This document shows positions 1-13,787 of a DNA stretch of 64,000 bases, piece by piece. The DNA is from Vicugna vicugna (lineage: Eukaryota), in contig MU058844.1 of assembly GCA_013265495.1 (NCBI GenBank), positions 4,097,895 to 4,161,894 of the forward strand, written 5' to 3'. Numbering within the stretch: position 1 is the first letter of the stretch; the number at the start of each line of letters is the position of its first letter. A program made the translations under genes and the position numbers. The notes beneath the pieces were generated by a model, which searched no databases, was not told the origin of the DNA, and worked only from the letters and a program-made list of their open reading frames with translations.

Positions 1-770
1 ATTGTACATTGTAGACACCATTATTATAATTGTTGCCTTTGACTATCACCATTTACACGTGTAGCTATTTCTCCTGCTAGACTGAGGGCTCCATACAGAC
101 AAGGGCCACTCCTACTAATAGGCAACAGAAACACAACGAAGAATAAAAAAGAATAAACCTTCCAACTAATCATGGTGGAATAGCAGCAAATTGGCAGAAC
201 ACAAGCAGATTCCAGTACTATTCCTTTACTCAGAGAAAAATTCTGGCAGTGATTCTGTCTTGTCACTGTAGCTTACAACTGTAAAAATCTAGGCATTAAA
301 AGAAGAGAGGCAATTAGTCAGGTGTTTGTTGGAAATCACTGAAAACCCTAACAATGAACTTTGGTGTCCCCAAATATAGGTTGGGGAAGGAGGCAGGATG
401 TGTTGGAAGAAACGGGAAAAATACATCTTTTTCTAACATGTGTGCTTAAGACAAGGTAGCATAAAATTTGAATAAACAGTGAACTTGTATATGCTCCACC
501 CACTAGAGCATTTCCTTGAAAAAAAAAATCTACTGTTGTGCTTAACTTTGGGCTATTTTTCTCATTGTGAGATGTGTCATTCTGAGGAAGAAATATATGT
601 AACCGTCTCAGATAAGGGGAACAAGATGGTTAAGAAAGTGCTGAGATACTGCTAAACTGCTCTGGGCTCAACACAGCAAACAATGCTTTTGACTGAGCTG
701 ATGGCTCTTTCCAAGGCAAAACAGAACCAGAATGCCTCAAAGAAACAGCAAGCCTACCAGTCGCCTGGGG

Positions 771-925
771 CAATGGTCCTTTTTTAGGTTCTGTGACCTT
801 TTGAAAACCTGACAGAAAAAAGTATATGATCTATTTCCAAGAAAAAGACATATATGCAGTTTTTTTTTTTTTTAATATCATGAGGTTCCAGAAGCCCATC
901 CATCCTTGTGAGGATAAACCCCCTG
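771..925 (+). mobile_element. hAT-Charlie MITE (Charlie4z-like)
   Basis: Resembles the recalled Charlie4z consensus (GTGACCTTTTGAAAACCTGA...GAAGCCCATCCAT...AAACCCCCTG). Confidence 0.5.
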
Positions 926-1370
926 AGGAAGTCAGATGCAGCTCCAGCAGAAGCAGCCAGACTGGTGGGCTTTGGAACTCATAACAGCAAAGACGACTTT
1001 CAGAGGCTAGGTGTAATCTTTCAGAGGCTGAGTCAGTCCTCTGGGAGACAAACAGAGTAGCTGCAAACTGAGTAAGAGGTTGCCATATGCTAAAAGCATT
1101 TGGGACCCCAAGCCAGAGGAAAATAGAGATATGTGAAATGAGTCTGAGGTAGGAGGTTCAGAGCATCACTTCCCTGCTCTATCTGTCTAAGTGAGGTTAC
1201 TCTGGGACAGTTTCTAGGCTGTAAGTGGGCATAGTCGTCTTTACTTCCCATCCTGGAGCACTCCCTTTGAAAAAACTTTGCAAGAAGGGAATACAAATCT
1301 TTGAAACTGGTGTGTCTCTAGCCCAGCATAACTCCTGTTGATGATCTCATAAGAATACTAAACGGGTGAC

Positions 1371-1891
1371 TGCATTAGCCAGGGTTCTTCAAAGAAATAG
1401 AATATATATACACATATACATACATACATACACACACATACATACACACGTATACATACATACATATATATAAAAAGAGATTTATTATAAAGAATTGGCT
1501 AATGTAAATACGGAGGCTGAGAAGTCTATAGTCTGCAAACTGGGTACTCTGAAGAGCTTATGTAATTATTTGAGTCTGAGTCTGAAGGCCCGTAAGTCAG
1601 GACCATTGATGGTATAAGTTTCAGTCCAAGTTTGATCCCAGGAGCAAGACTCAAAGACAGGCAGAGATAGGGAATTCTTTCTTACTCTGCCAATTTTTAT
1701 TCTATTCAAGCCTTCAACGGATTGGATGAGGCCCACCCACATTGAATAGAGCAATCTGCTTTACTCAGTCTGCCAATTTAAATCTCATTCTCACCCAGAA
1801 ACACCCTCACAAAAAATCCAGAATAATGTTTAACCAACTATCTGAGTACCCCATGGCCCAGTCAAGTTGACATATGAAATTAACTAACACA
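1371..1891 (-). mobile_element. MLT2 (MLT2B-like) ERVL solo LTR with internal (TA)n/(CATA)n microsatellite at about 1403-1471
   Basis: The reverse complement begins TGTGTTAGTTAATTTCATATGTCAACTTGACTGGGCCA and contains GACTGAGTAAAGCAGATTGC...GTGGGTGGGCCTCATCCAATCCGTTGAAGGC, typical of MLT2. Confidence 0.85.
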
Positions 1892-4800
1892 ATGATTTCT
1901 AGTAGAAGGACCTTGGAAACGTCTAGGGAATCCAACCATAGTCCAGAGAAGAACATTAAAAAGTCTTCAGTCAGCTATTGCTGACTATTATAAATATATT
2001 TAACAAAAGCAGTCAAGAGGACATATGGAGTGTACCACTTCTCTCTACCATGAGCAAAGTAAAACAGCCCAAACGTATGAGCTATTTTTAGATCTTATCC
2101 CAAAATATGAGCAAAAACATTTTATTTTTATATTTTAAGATAATATATATATTGAATGTGTATCAAGAATACATTGCAATGTCTGCCTTCCTGACCAGCT
2201 TTTGCAAAGGGTTGTTTTCTTTGTGTTTGTTGTCTTCTGAGGCTATTATGATAGTTTAAGGGGTTACACAATATTTATCTTGGCAAAAGTGGTCTGATTT
2301 TTGCAAAAATGAGTATGTAATACCCTAACCCACTATATCACAAGCACAGAAAACTAGAAGATTCTGAAAGAACAATTTTTTTAGTTTTAACTGTTGCTTG
2401 GATTTTAAAATGAGATCAAGGATGATTCTTAAAAAGTACTGAATATTTGGTCATTTAAGAATGCACCTATCAGTGATTTTATAATATCTGATAGTCTTCT
2501 CATTTATCTATGAGTTCTAGGACCCAGAGTTTGGTCAACTGGCAGTTGACCAAAATAAAGATGAGTGATTTTAATGACAAATAATTTCAAACCATGAACA
2601 ACCTAAAGCAAACTATATTTGACTTCAGACGTTTTATGAGTTTTGTTTTTCACACTAAGCTTTCCCATATTTTGCTGACACACACCACAGCCTTCTTCAT
2701 GATTACATAACAATGGCACAATAGAAGGAAATTCAGATCCTAAAACTCTACTTAATATTTGGATATTAAATTACAAAGGAGTCTTAGACAACCCATGTAG
2801 TAAATAAATCTTGCACAGTTAATTTAAAATTGAATATACACAATAAATCCAGCTTAAGAAAAATGTAGACGGTGACTTTACTAAACTAAAGCCTATGGGA
2901 ATGGAGGGGAGCAGAAATATTCTCGTCCCCTTTACTGTTAAGTTTCCTCACTAATATCTCCCCAATATAACTCTAATGCACTTTCTCCACTGCCATGCAA
3001 GGCTTTAATGGCAGAGAGAAGGGAACAGATTTATTTTTTAATAATAATTTAAGGAAAATACTCTGAGGCTCTTCTCCACTAGGTTCTGAAGACTGGATAA
3101 GGAAAAACAAGGAAACTGGATTTTTGTATATAATAATCTAATTTATTTTTATGAATTTTAATATATATATATTTACTTATGTATAATGTACATCTTTATA
3201 GATACTTAGTTATTTAATGGGATGCTGCTGCTTTGAAAGCTGTTAAATCACAGAAACATTCAGGTATGGGGAAAGCATGAATGTACACCATCAGTTAGAG
3301 GAGACTCTGAAATGGTCTCCAGCATGTGGTTCTTTCCTAAGCGTACTCCTGCTCTCTTTCCCAGTCTCCTGATTTCTCCGTTATCTCTTCCTAACCTATT
3401 GTTCCCCACTTCTTTTCCTTCTCAGCCTAACTCCCTTGGACTTTTTAGCTATGATGTTTTCTCTCTCAGGTAGCACCCACACTGTCCGTTTTTGCCATGA
3501 CATCCTGTGAGGAAATCCCTCATCTTCCAAGTTTTCCTTCTCAATACCTTCCTCCTCCTAAGATTCCCTTTCTAACGTCCACATCTTCTGAGGTTGTGCT
3601 CCTTCTTGGTCTCAATCATGGCCTCTCAGGCCAACTTCTCAAGAGTCACTATCCAGATAGTAGTCTCTTAACCACTGATAAGGTAAAATGAAGAAAGGGA
3701 GTCCAGAAAATTAAGGGACCACAAAGGCAAAAAGACAAATTAACAGCAAATCTTTTCAATAATGGCTGTGCATCTCAGGGCAGGGGAGCTGGCAATAGGT
3801 CACAATATCCAGAAATCACTTTGACAGCCCAACATCGGTCATGACTGAGAGCCAGGCCCTGTCTGTGCCTGGCGCCAGGTCTGTGGCACCAATTTATATC
3901 TCCCTTTAAGGCCCCTGACTCCTGATATAATCACCAATGTAGGGCGTGCAGTGTCAACCACAATTAATACCCACATTCACCTTTTAATCCCAGGCATTAG
4001 ACTACTGACTAGCAGTAAAGATTCTTTTCCCCAAAGATTAAAATTCACTATACTTAAAGAACAGGATCTATAAAATCCTCTCTGTTTGGGCTAGCATGCA
4101 CCAATACGAACTGGATAAGTTTTAACTTGAGGACAACAATTTGAGACAAATTAATGTTCCCAGAAGTGTCTCTATGTATCTTTAAACCGAAAAGCTCAAG
4201 GAGGAGAAAAAGAAATTCAGAGCTATAGATGGCATATGGACTGTGAATTTTTTATTCATGAATCACCGTTACTGAGTGTGGCTTTGTATTTCTTAATCTG
4301 AAGACAATTTTGGAGGATAAAGCAGTGAGTAAGAAAAAACAAATTGCAAAGCTGGCATTGTATCAATGGCAGAATTCCAGGATGATAGTGAAAAACCACC
4401 CAAACCACCCTGTGACTGATGACAAAGTCAAACTGTTTTTCCATCAAAATTCTCTTTTATGAGACCTGCCAATCAAGTAAACTATTAATCTTTTAAAAGT
4501 TAGATGATCTGTAAGAGATCAGTCTCTCCAACACTGCCCATCTTTTTCATTGCAATCAAACAGCAGTCTTATATATCTGGATGAAATTTGACCCTTTTAT
4601 CATGTAGGGTATAATTGTATATGAAATCACTTTTAGCAGGATATTGCTAAACTTAAGGACATTTAAAAAATATTAACTTACATAATGTGTAAGTATGATA
4701 TTTATGTTTCCAAAATGGATCATCTTAAACATGAGGCAGTTTGAAAATGCAGTATACTATGAGTAACTTAAGAGTCCCCAAGTTTGCAAGACTTTAGAGT

Positions 4801-7056
4801 TGTCCTTTCTTTTAATATCCAAGTAAAAGTCACTCAGCTCTCCATCTTGCATGATTGCAGATATCCATGTCCTTTTCATCTTCCTCTTTCTCAATTTTAC
4901 AGAGAAACTTGGAGGATATTTACACATTCCACTGGCCAATCTTGGGTGTCACTACTCATTTCTTGTTCTTCCATAAGCCATTTTCTTTGTTGCTGGCCAA
5001 CTTGTAGAATTCAAGGACTGATGACATCCCTGGGAAGGATGTTGTTACCTTCACATTAGCCTCAGAAGAAACAGCTACACTCATATGATGAGCTCAATAC
5101 AACTGTGGTCAAAGGATCATCTTATAATTTCCCTCTACATAGCTTAATCCAGGTTTCAATGATTAATAAAGCTAATTTAAAATTTAAGTATAAATGAAGG
5201 AATGAGAACAATGAAAACAATTAAGATCAATATTAGTAGTGCTCCTAAAGTTCATAGGCCATGTCCTTCTACAAGAAGTTCCCTACTTGTAATCTCCTTT
5301 TCCCTTGGTCCCCAGGGTTTAGTCTGAGACCTCTGTGAATCAAGGTCTCTTACTCTGTCTCTCATCAACCCCCAGTGACCCTTGTCTCCTGTTCTCATCA
5401 TCCACCACCCAGAGGAAACAAAGGGTTAGTTAGCCTAACAACCTCTCAGGATTGCCTATGTACTCAATGAACACTGTGTTTTTTACTATGTAGCACAACA
5501 GTTTTTTTTTCTCCCTTTGTGCAAACCTCTCCCATCAGAGTCCATACTCTGGATTTTGCCTTTTGATAGGCAATAGTCCTGTTAAGATGATTTTTTTGTT
5601 TCAAACAAAAGAAGAATCCCCACTCAAAACTGAATTCTGCTCCCCCCATAACCTCTCCTCATTATAGAATTCACAAATAGTTGCATTTTTATAATGTTGG
5701 CCCACTCCATGTGTTAAATCACTTCAATCTATGAAAAAGTGCTCTTGGGGCTCAAATGTATTTGACATGTCACTTTTTAAAGGAAGAAGAAAGAAAGGGA
5801 TAGAGGGAAGGAGAGAAGGAAAGAGAAAGGGACGACGGTATTCTAGGGCTGGTAAAGAAAAGGAAACACAGCAAAGAACGGACAATGCATCTTACAAAAT
5901 ACAACTGGGACTTCAATATCCTACATACCATTAGGAAATTCCAGGGTGCCGTTTGGATGTGTGTGTGTAAATGTTAGTTTTGTTGTGGATATGATATATT
6001 AGCCTATACCAAATTCAGTAGGGTATAATACACAACAGTGAAAACACATTTTTATGTCCTTAACAATCGTAATTTTAAACAAATCTAAGAAATTCTCATG
6101 AATTTCTGTACAGTGAAATACCAAAAGAACAGCAATCTTCATTCTTCCTTTTTTTTTTTTTTCTTTTTTAGGTTAGAAGCCAAGCAAAGTCAGCAGAAGA
6201 GAGAATCTCTATCCTGATATTCTCCAACTGCTTGCTTCCACTTTCTCATATTAGGGTATAACTCCAAGGCCATTTCACCAAGTTCAACCTCTATCACTGG
6301 GTGGCCAGCAAAGAGGGAATCTTGTCCAAAGTGCCAGGACAGGAGCAAAGCAAGCTGCTTACAGGAGAACTAATTATCCAGTTACTAAACATAGAAAGGA
6401 GGTGAGAATAGAGTTATCACATCCACACTAAAGGCTACTTAGGATTTCCATGACCTCCATGTTAAGGGATTAAATTCTTTACATTTGTAACACTCTCTCT
6501 ATTCCCCATGCCTCCTCCACTAACCCCATCTCCTGCCCCAGCCAGTTACACTTCATAGCTAAATACTTACAAATTAGGAAGAAATAGGAGAAAATGTAAT
6601 GACTGCTGTGTTACCATGTAGTAACAACTTACTAATTTAATGACTACTGTCAAGGACTCCTCCCATGACTGACACCCATGCTCATTAGCATCAGGAATTC
6701 TTGTCACACATAAGTGCCTGAGGGTTTGATAAGCTGAGATTTTAAAAGTTTGAAACAATAAACACGATTTCATTAAAGGTTATATCTTACTTGATAGGAA
6801 ACAAACACAAACACAAACATGATAATGAGATTTATTTGGAGGAAAGTTTCCTCTTCACAGTGCTCTGTCATACTTACAGTCCTACAAGGCACAGAATCCT
6901 GGAACTGGAAGGGAATGCTCAGTGTTCAGATGAGAAAGGGAGGCTCAGAGGGAGGCTCAGAGAGGATAAGCCATGTGTGCAAGGCCACACAAATGCTAAG
7001 TGTTAGGACTAAACTCAGGCCCTCAGATTCCCAGGTTAGTCCTCTCTTCCGTGGAC

Positions 7057-7232
7057 CAGTGATCCTCAAATGTCTGTATGCCAAAGAATCACCAATAGTG
7101 CTCTTTAAACATGCAAGTGCCTAGGTCTCATCCTTAGAGCATCCTATATGGTAGAGCGAGTTGGGCCTGGGAACCTGTATTTCGACGGAGCGCCCCCTTG
7201 TGATTCAGCTGCAAGTGGACCACACTCTTGGA
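7057..7232. mobile_element. MER5-type hAT-Charlie element (next to a MIR fragment at about 6880-7050)
   Basis: CAGTGATCCTCAAA...AGAATCACC...GGGCCTGGGAACCTGTATTT...GTGATTC pattern of MER5A/B. Confidence 0.6.
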
Positions 7233-8224
7233 CAGTGGACATCACCATCTGGCTGCTGAAAAGAGCACCAAAGTTTGCTCGCAGTATTTATACACATTTT
7301 TATTCTCTTCTTGGTTCGTCTCTCTCCCAATGTATTTCTCCCTTTGCCAATGGGCTCACGATTATGACTAACTTGTCAATAAGTAGAAATCATGTCTAAA
7401 CCCTCAGTGCTTTATAAACTCCACATAGTACTCTGTGCTGGGGGAGGCATGGAAAGGACAGTCTCCCACATAAGGAGATACTACATATTTTAAAGAATTG
7501 TACAAGTAGTGCAAGTGTATACGCTCATTGAAAAAAATTAAACAGTGCAGAAGAATATAAATTAAAAAGTAAAGTTCTACCTGAATCATTCACCTAATCT
7601 CACTCTTCTCCCCAAAGTTACTCACTGCTGGGAGGCATGCATTCTTCAGATGTTTTTATGCATTTACATTCAGAGATGCATAAGTACGTGTGTGCTTTAT
7701 GTGTGTGCTTTTTTTTTTTTACTTTTAGAAAGTTCTGCTTATAAAATGATCTCAGCAACTTTTTTTTAATATATATATAGGTGACAGAGGATACTGTCAC
7801 CAGCACAGAACTTAAATCAAGGACATCTCAGGATGTGTGACTGCTCCTGGTAGTTACAGCATCTGCCCTTGATCTTTTTAAAAGTGAAGACTTCCTGGGC
7901 CTACCTCCTCAAGCACTTTTTGGTCAGTAAGTGGTGCTCCTCAGTTATATTAAAAAATATCTGTGAGGTGCTACAGGAAGCGGAAAGGGCTGGCAATCAC
8001 ATTGTGTAAATGCGTGAATACTATTATAGGGTTCTCATGCGACCACAAGGTGCTAAATTAATTCAACTTGTAAGTTCTGCATAATTGAGAATCTGTCCCT
8101 GGGAGAAGGGTTGCATGGGGTGGGGCCAAGGGTGTCATGCAGATGCTGCTGGGCATTCAGACAACATGTACAGCATTCATTCTGCTTCCCCACCTTCGAA
8201 ACCCCACAGCCCAGCTGTCACCTT

Positions 8225-9532
8225 CAGCACCCAACTGAAATGGCTCTTTTGAGGTCACCCAAGATTCCAAACTGCTGAACCTTATTCTCTTAACTTCCAC
8301 AGCATTTTTGGTTAACCATTTCTTCCCTCTACAAAGGTTTCTCCTCCCTTCTCTCCCCTCTGGTCCTGGTGAAACTGAGTATTCATTGTCCATCTTTACC
8401 AGGTTCTCTTAAACATTTATATACCTCAGAATTCCATCCTAGGAGTGCTTTTATTCTGCCTCTGTAACCTCTATCTGATGGAGCTCATAGAATCCCACAG
8501 CCTCAGCAATGATACCCAGATCTTCCTCTACAGCCTCGTTTTTCAATGAGCTAAGGGCTCACCTTCTTAAGAGTGTCTGCAACACAAATGTGGCCTGTCT
8601 AACAGCAAACTGGTGTCTCCCTTTCCATCTTTCCACCAACCCATTCTCTATACCCCAGGTATTACTCATATCAGTTAAGGACAAAACAACTGAATTAGAA
8701 AGTTCATTACTATTCCTCATTCCTCCCTTTACCTTATTCTTCTCTTCAAATCCTATGGATTCTACCTCCAAAATATTTATGAACTCTGTCATCTCCACTC
8801 TGCTCCCTAGGGTAATAGGGTAATAATCTGCACTTAACCATCATCTGCACTTAAACCAAAGTCATGGCTCCCTGGCAGGCATCCCTATATGAGATCTCTT
8901 TTCCTCCTCCAATCCCAAACATTTTACACCCAAAAACATTCATCTTTCTGAAACAACATACAAATAACCTTAAGTGGGTTCCCATAACCTAAAGGATATA
9001 AATTTAAAATCCTTAACACACTTTCTAATCCTGCCCCAACCTACAGTCTCAGCCTTATCTCTGGTCTCAAATAACTCAGCAATTCCCCCCAAATGCCATA
9101 AACCTCCTCATCTTTTGGGTCCCTCAACCCAGAGTGAACTCTGCCAACAATTCCTTCAATATGTAAAATAAATGCTTTCTCATCTATACATCCACTCCTG
9201 GCAACACCTGTCCACAACCACCTTCAAGGCACTCACCTCTTTCTCTGTGCTCCCACCTTGCACCTCCTTAATCAGGACACTTCCTTTAGCATTCATTCAC
9301 ATGTTCTACTTTAGTATTCATTTACATATTCTTTCAGCCCGCACATAACTGAGCATCCATAACTGTGTATCGTAATAACATACATCATTTCTAAACCCTA
9401 CTAACCTTAGTAAACCTGTTAACTTGTAATTCTGCACCAACTTCCAGCATATAGAACATATATACATACAGCCTTACATATAAAATGTTCTTGATAAACG
9501 TTTGTTGTTAAATGGATGGATGGATGAATGAA
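8225..9532 (+). mobile_element. L2 LINE, degraded 3' portion
   Basis: ACTGAAATGGCTCTTTTGAGGTCACC (L2 RT region), pyrimidine-rich body and L2 tail GATAAACGTTTGTTGTTAAATGGATGGATGGATGAATGAA. Confidence 0.7.
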
Positions 9533-9664
9533 ACATAATCTCAATAAATAATAACCCTGTGTGGAAATGACCTTCAACTTTGTTCTCAAGAAGCCGACTA
9601 CTAGAACGCCACAGCTTTGAACCCCATCACCAGTCCTGAACCCTGTCCTCCAGAATTTGCTCCT

Positions 9665-9960
9665 TCTTTCATTTATGTATTCTCATATTCAATAACTATT
9701 TAGTATCTACTGTGTACCATGGCCCTAGGTGCCAGGGAGAAATTAGTGAATGAGACAGACAAAAACCCTGATCTCCTGAAATTTACATCGGGTGGAACAA
9801 CATAAACTATAGACAAACACAGAATTAGAATATATGGCATTTCAGTCAGTGATGAATATTAGGGAGGAAAATAAAACTAAGAAGGGGAAAGGGTGCTGAG
9901 AGTATGATTAAAGGTTTGAGGGAGGGCCATACTGAACAGAGAGAGAGGTCACGAAACGGC
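9665..9960 (-). mobile_element. L2 3' end fragment
   Basis: TTCATTTATGTATTC...ATTTAGTATCTACTGTGTACCA...GTGAATGAGACAGACAAAAACCCTG is the reverse L2 tail pattern. Confidence 0.6.
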
Positions 9961-11654
9961 TTAGGGAGGCATAATTCTAATTTGTATTCCAGGGATGGCT
10001 TCTTACAAGGCTAAGCAAATAAGATAGCAAACCCACCTTCCCAGTTTCTTCTTAGAAAAAAAAAAAATAGGCAGGCAGAGAGGAACAAAGGGGCCTACAG
10101 CACACAACCATGTCTGTGGGTTTATAAGGAGCAGGACAGAAGTGGAGTCAACCTGGTCCTAGAATTACAAGTTCATCCTTCTCTTGGAAGAGCCTCTGGA
10201 TGTTATAAGAAAGAAAAAGTCTGAAGCCCTAGGGCCTTGCAGGGAGCATCAGAGAAGAGGCTAGGGTACTCTATCAGAGACAGGCTTGGACCTGAACTCT
10301 CCAGTCAGGCTGAGACAGGCTTGGCAGCATGGAAATCAGAAGTAGCCCAGGGTTAAGAGTTACAGAATGAGAAAGGAAATGGGCAGCAGGCTTGGGCCAG
10401 ATGCCTTTTAAGTTTACGTTTATCTTTTTCACCTTCATAGGAGACATAGACCCCAATCACAAACTATTTCCAATTCCATGACTTCTGATGATTTTCACAT
10501 AATTAAATTAATACATACACCATTTTTGTATCAGCAATTTTTACGATATAAGACTGATATGTCAGTGATCTTCAGAAAACACTATTTCCAGAATTCTTTG
10601 CTTAATGATATTTGGTTACAACTAGCAAATATCATTGGAAAGGAAAGGGAATATTCTAATAAGGAAATATTAGTTTCATTCTCTAACAATATTTGGATCC
10701 TTTAAATGCCATATTTAATTGTTTTACTGACATTCTGGAAGGCTTCTCTGGGCTTCTCTTACCTTATAACTAAATGGCAGAAATTATCAGTGAGAGTACT
10801 GTGATTAAAACTGTACCCAAAAATCAGATTCATAAAAAAATTGAGACATTAAGAAGTTATTTTTCAAGGATTTAGTAAGTTATGAAAACTACAGTCATCG
10901 TGTCATTTGGAACTCTTTTTACTGTTATTTAGGTTGTAAATTTCTTCTAGAAAGAAAAAAAATTCCTGGAAACAAAATGATATAAATTCATGGATTTAAA
11001 CACTGCAAATGCCCATCCTAGAATGTGAGCTAAAGAATGCTCTTGTAATACCAAATTTGTGAATGGCTTCACTTGACAGATAGATTGTTTCAAGCAAGGC
11101 TGAACATTTATAAAGGACAGAGGAGGAGAGAGAGAGGCTGAAAGATATTCATATAAATTATTTAATTTATACCTCATTCCTGAAGTTGTTTAGAAGCAGG
11201 CAACTTACTGAAGGAGAAATGTTTTCCTTCAGTAACTGTCTTCCCTACTCCATTCCTGTCATGCTGTATGTACGCTTGAGAATGAAGCATCTAATCAATG
11301 GGGGAGCCATGACCTTAATTACAACCCAGAAATGCAGCATATCTACCGGGGAGAAGGAAGACAGGTACTGCCACATGATGCTTCTTTGGCTTTTTGCTCT
11401 CCACCCTGGTAGATATTCCAACCTGCTTCTACCTGCCTCTGACTTACCTCCACAGAGATGAAAGAAAAGAACACAGGGAGGCCATGGTTCAGAGGGTTTT
11501 CAATGACATAGCTAGCTATTTCCCACTGAACTGGTACATACCACCCAGAAGATTTGCCCGGATTCAGGCAACTTCTCACCCCAGCTCTTTGCCTAAATCC
11601 CTGCTCCCCAGTCCATGATCCCTGCCTGAGTTATAAATCTCAGTGGCAATACAT

Positions 11655-11800
11655 GTAGTGGGCTAGAGCTGGCCCATACTAGTTCACAAGAACGGATTGT
11701 TAAAAATTTGCAAGCCCACTCATCTCACTTTGGTAGCTTGAAATTGGTCAGGGTAGGAGTATTTATACCAGGGAAACTGTCACATGCTACAAATTCTCTT
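11655..11800. mobile_element. MER63-like hAT-Blackjack fragment
   Basis: GATTGTTAAAAATTTGCAAGCC...GGTAGCTTGAAATTGGTCAGGGTAGGAGTATTTATACCA...ATGCTACAAAT resembles recalled MER63. Confidence 0.55.
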
Positions 11801-13139
11801 CCTCATCCCTACTTTCCCAACCCCCACTACTGCTTCTAATCCACTGCCTGGTTTAATCTGGAGAATCTGCATGCTGATCCTGCTTTATCTAATTTCCATG
11901 GATGTATCATTATGCCCACCTGATCCTTTCTGTCTGTGAGTTCGTGGTCCTGCCCCTTTTAACTTAATGCTACCCAACCCTGTCCATGTCTCAGCATGGT
12001 AATACACTCTGCCAAAAGCTACCTCAGCAGGGGGAGATAAATATCCCCCTCTTCCAAGGTATGATTTGGCTTCAGAGTATGAGTAAACCTGAATCTATAG
12101 GTGGATTATATACTTACTAGCTCTTCAACCACTCATCCTGTTTCTAATAACTAACTGCTCTTCCTTGGCATCCCTAATAAAGACAATATGCTATCTCCTT
12201 AAGAAAGCATCTTTTGGCAATACAAATGACCATTTCAGGAAGGAAAAAACTATTTGGAGCAGAAAAAAAATTTTTTCTCTTTCCTTCAATTTCTCCTACA
12301 TTCTGCTGCCATATTATTTTCCTAAAATACAGATCTTATCATGATACAAATTTTTTTGATGGAACTCTATTTGGTTGATAAAAATCTTACAATTAATACT
12401 AATTTTTATGTCTCAATGAGAAAGAATAATTAGGACTATATAAGAGCAGACAAAATAATGCAAAACTCAATTGGAATCTAAAAGTACAAAATCTGAGGAT
12501 TATTCAGTCCTTTGAATTATTAACATCCTGTTCCCAGTATTTATGATGATTAAGAATTAAATGCAATTCTGCTTAGTTTGAAGTCTTCCTACATTAAAGA
12601 ATTGCACAACTAGAAATTACTCACCTAAAACTTGCTTAACCCTAAGAGCCATATCAGCGTCTTATTAAAAAAAAAACAAAAAAACAAAACAAACAAACAA
12701 ACAAAAATGGCCCTGAGCAGAGAATCTCCACAAGAAGAGACCTTGAACATTATAACAAATGTCTTCAGTAATTTTGTTGTCATACATCCTGGAAAATATT
12801 GGTTTGGTATAACCTCCTATTTTTTAATAAATGAGGGAACTGGACTAGAGAAGTAAAATACTGATGATTAGTAACAGCCAACCTGAGACTATTAATTAGA
12901 CTTTTCACTATGTCATAGTTTAAGTCAGTAGACAGAAAATTAAAGGTTTATGTTATCCACAATAAAAACAGACAGCTATCATTTATGAAATGGCAAACAA
13001 ACATATTATAGGACATCATCAATATTTATTATATGAATCACTTTCAAAAAATTAAGTAAAATTTTGAAGTATTCTGCATTAAAAAAATCAAACAGATATT
13101 TGAAAAACATGCCAGAAATAGTTAACTAAGCAAATAAAA

Positions 13140-13358
13140 ATAACTGCCAAATTGCCTTTTAGGACCTGTTCTCAGAAGTCCATAATACCTTTTCTGCTGC
13201 ATTGTATTCATTGAGGCAGTCATAAAGGCCCACCAAGTTTTAAAGAGGAGGAATGCAGTGAGGAGAGACAGACTCCACTTCTGGATTGGGAAGTTGCCAG
13301 GGTCTGTGGGATTGGAAATGTTCTTGCAACCATTTTTGGAAAATTCAGTCTCCAACAG
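13140..13358 (-). mobile_element. MLT1 (MaLR) LTR fragment
   Basis: TTCTGCTGCATTGTATTCATTGAGGCAGTCATAAAGGCCCACCAAG...AGACTCCACTTCTGGATTGG...CATTTTTGGAAAAT is typical of older MLT1 subfamilies. Confidence 0.65.
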
Positions 13359-13787
13359 CAGGGCCTTTAGTGAATGTACCTGGGTTGTCTTTTAACTCAT
13401 GGTACAGCTGCAGATAATTTATTTAAGTCTACATAAATGTTTCCAAAAACCAAGTTGGATGTTGCATGTAGCTGTAGGTTAATCTGAAAGAGAACTTACT
13501 CAACTGCATTTTTAAGACTAATGCTTTTAGCATGGTGAAAATGTGTGGTTGTGGTTGTGGTTATTCATTTGGTCATATGTAATTAGTAAATAAATAGGTA
13601 TATACTTTGGGTTGTAAGTGTGTGAGTGAATAAAAGTTAGACGTAACAACAGCCATCTCTCTATTACCCAAACACATCCATATATATGTGGGAATACATA
13701 TATATGCGTATGTGTAGATACATTTTTATGTACATACACAGATACATATATATGTTCCACTAAAGACAATTCAGGAATGTCAGTTTT

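Noticed and set aside
997..1030. Short direct duplication CTTTCAGAGGCT x2 (similar ones near 6937, 8826 and 37906)
   Set aside because: Ordinary slippage-type microduplications with no further structure.
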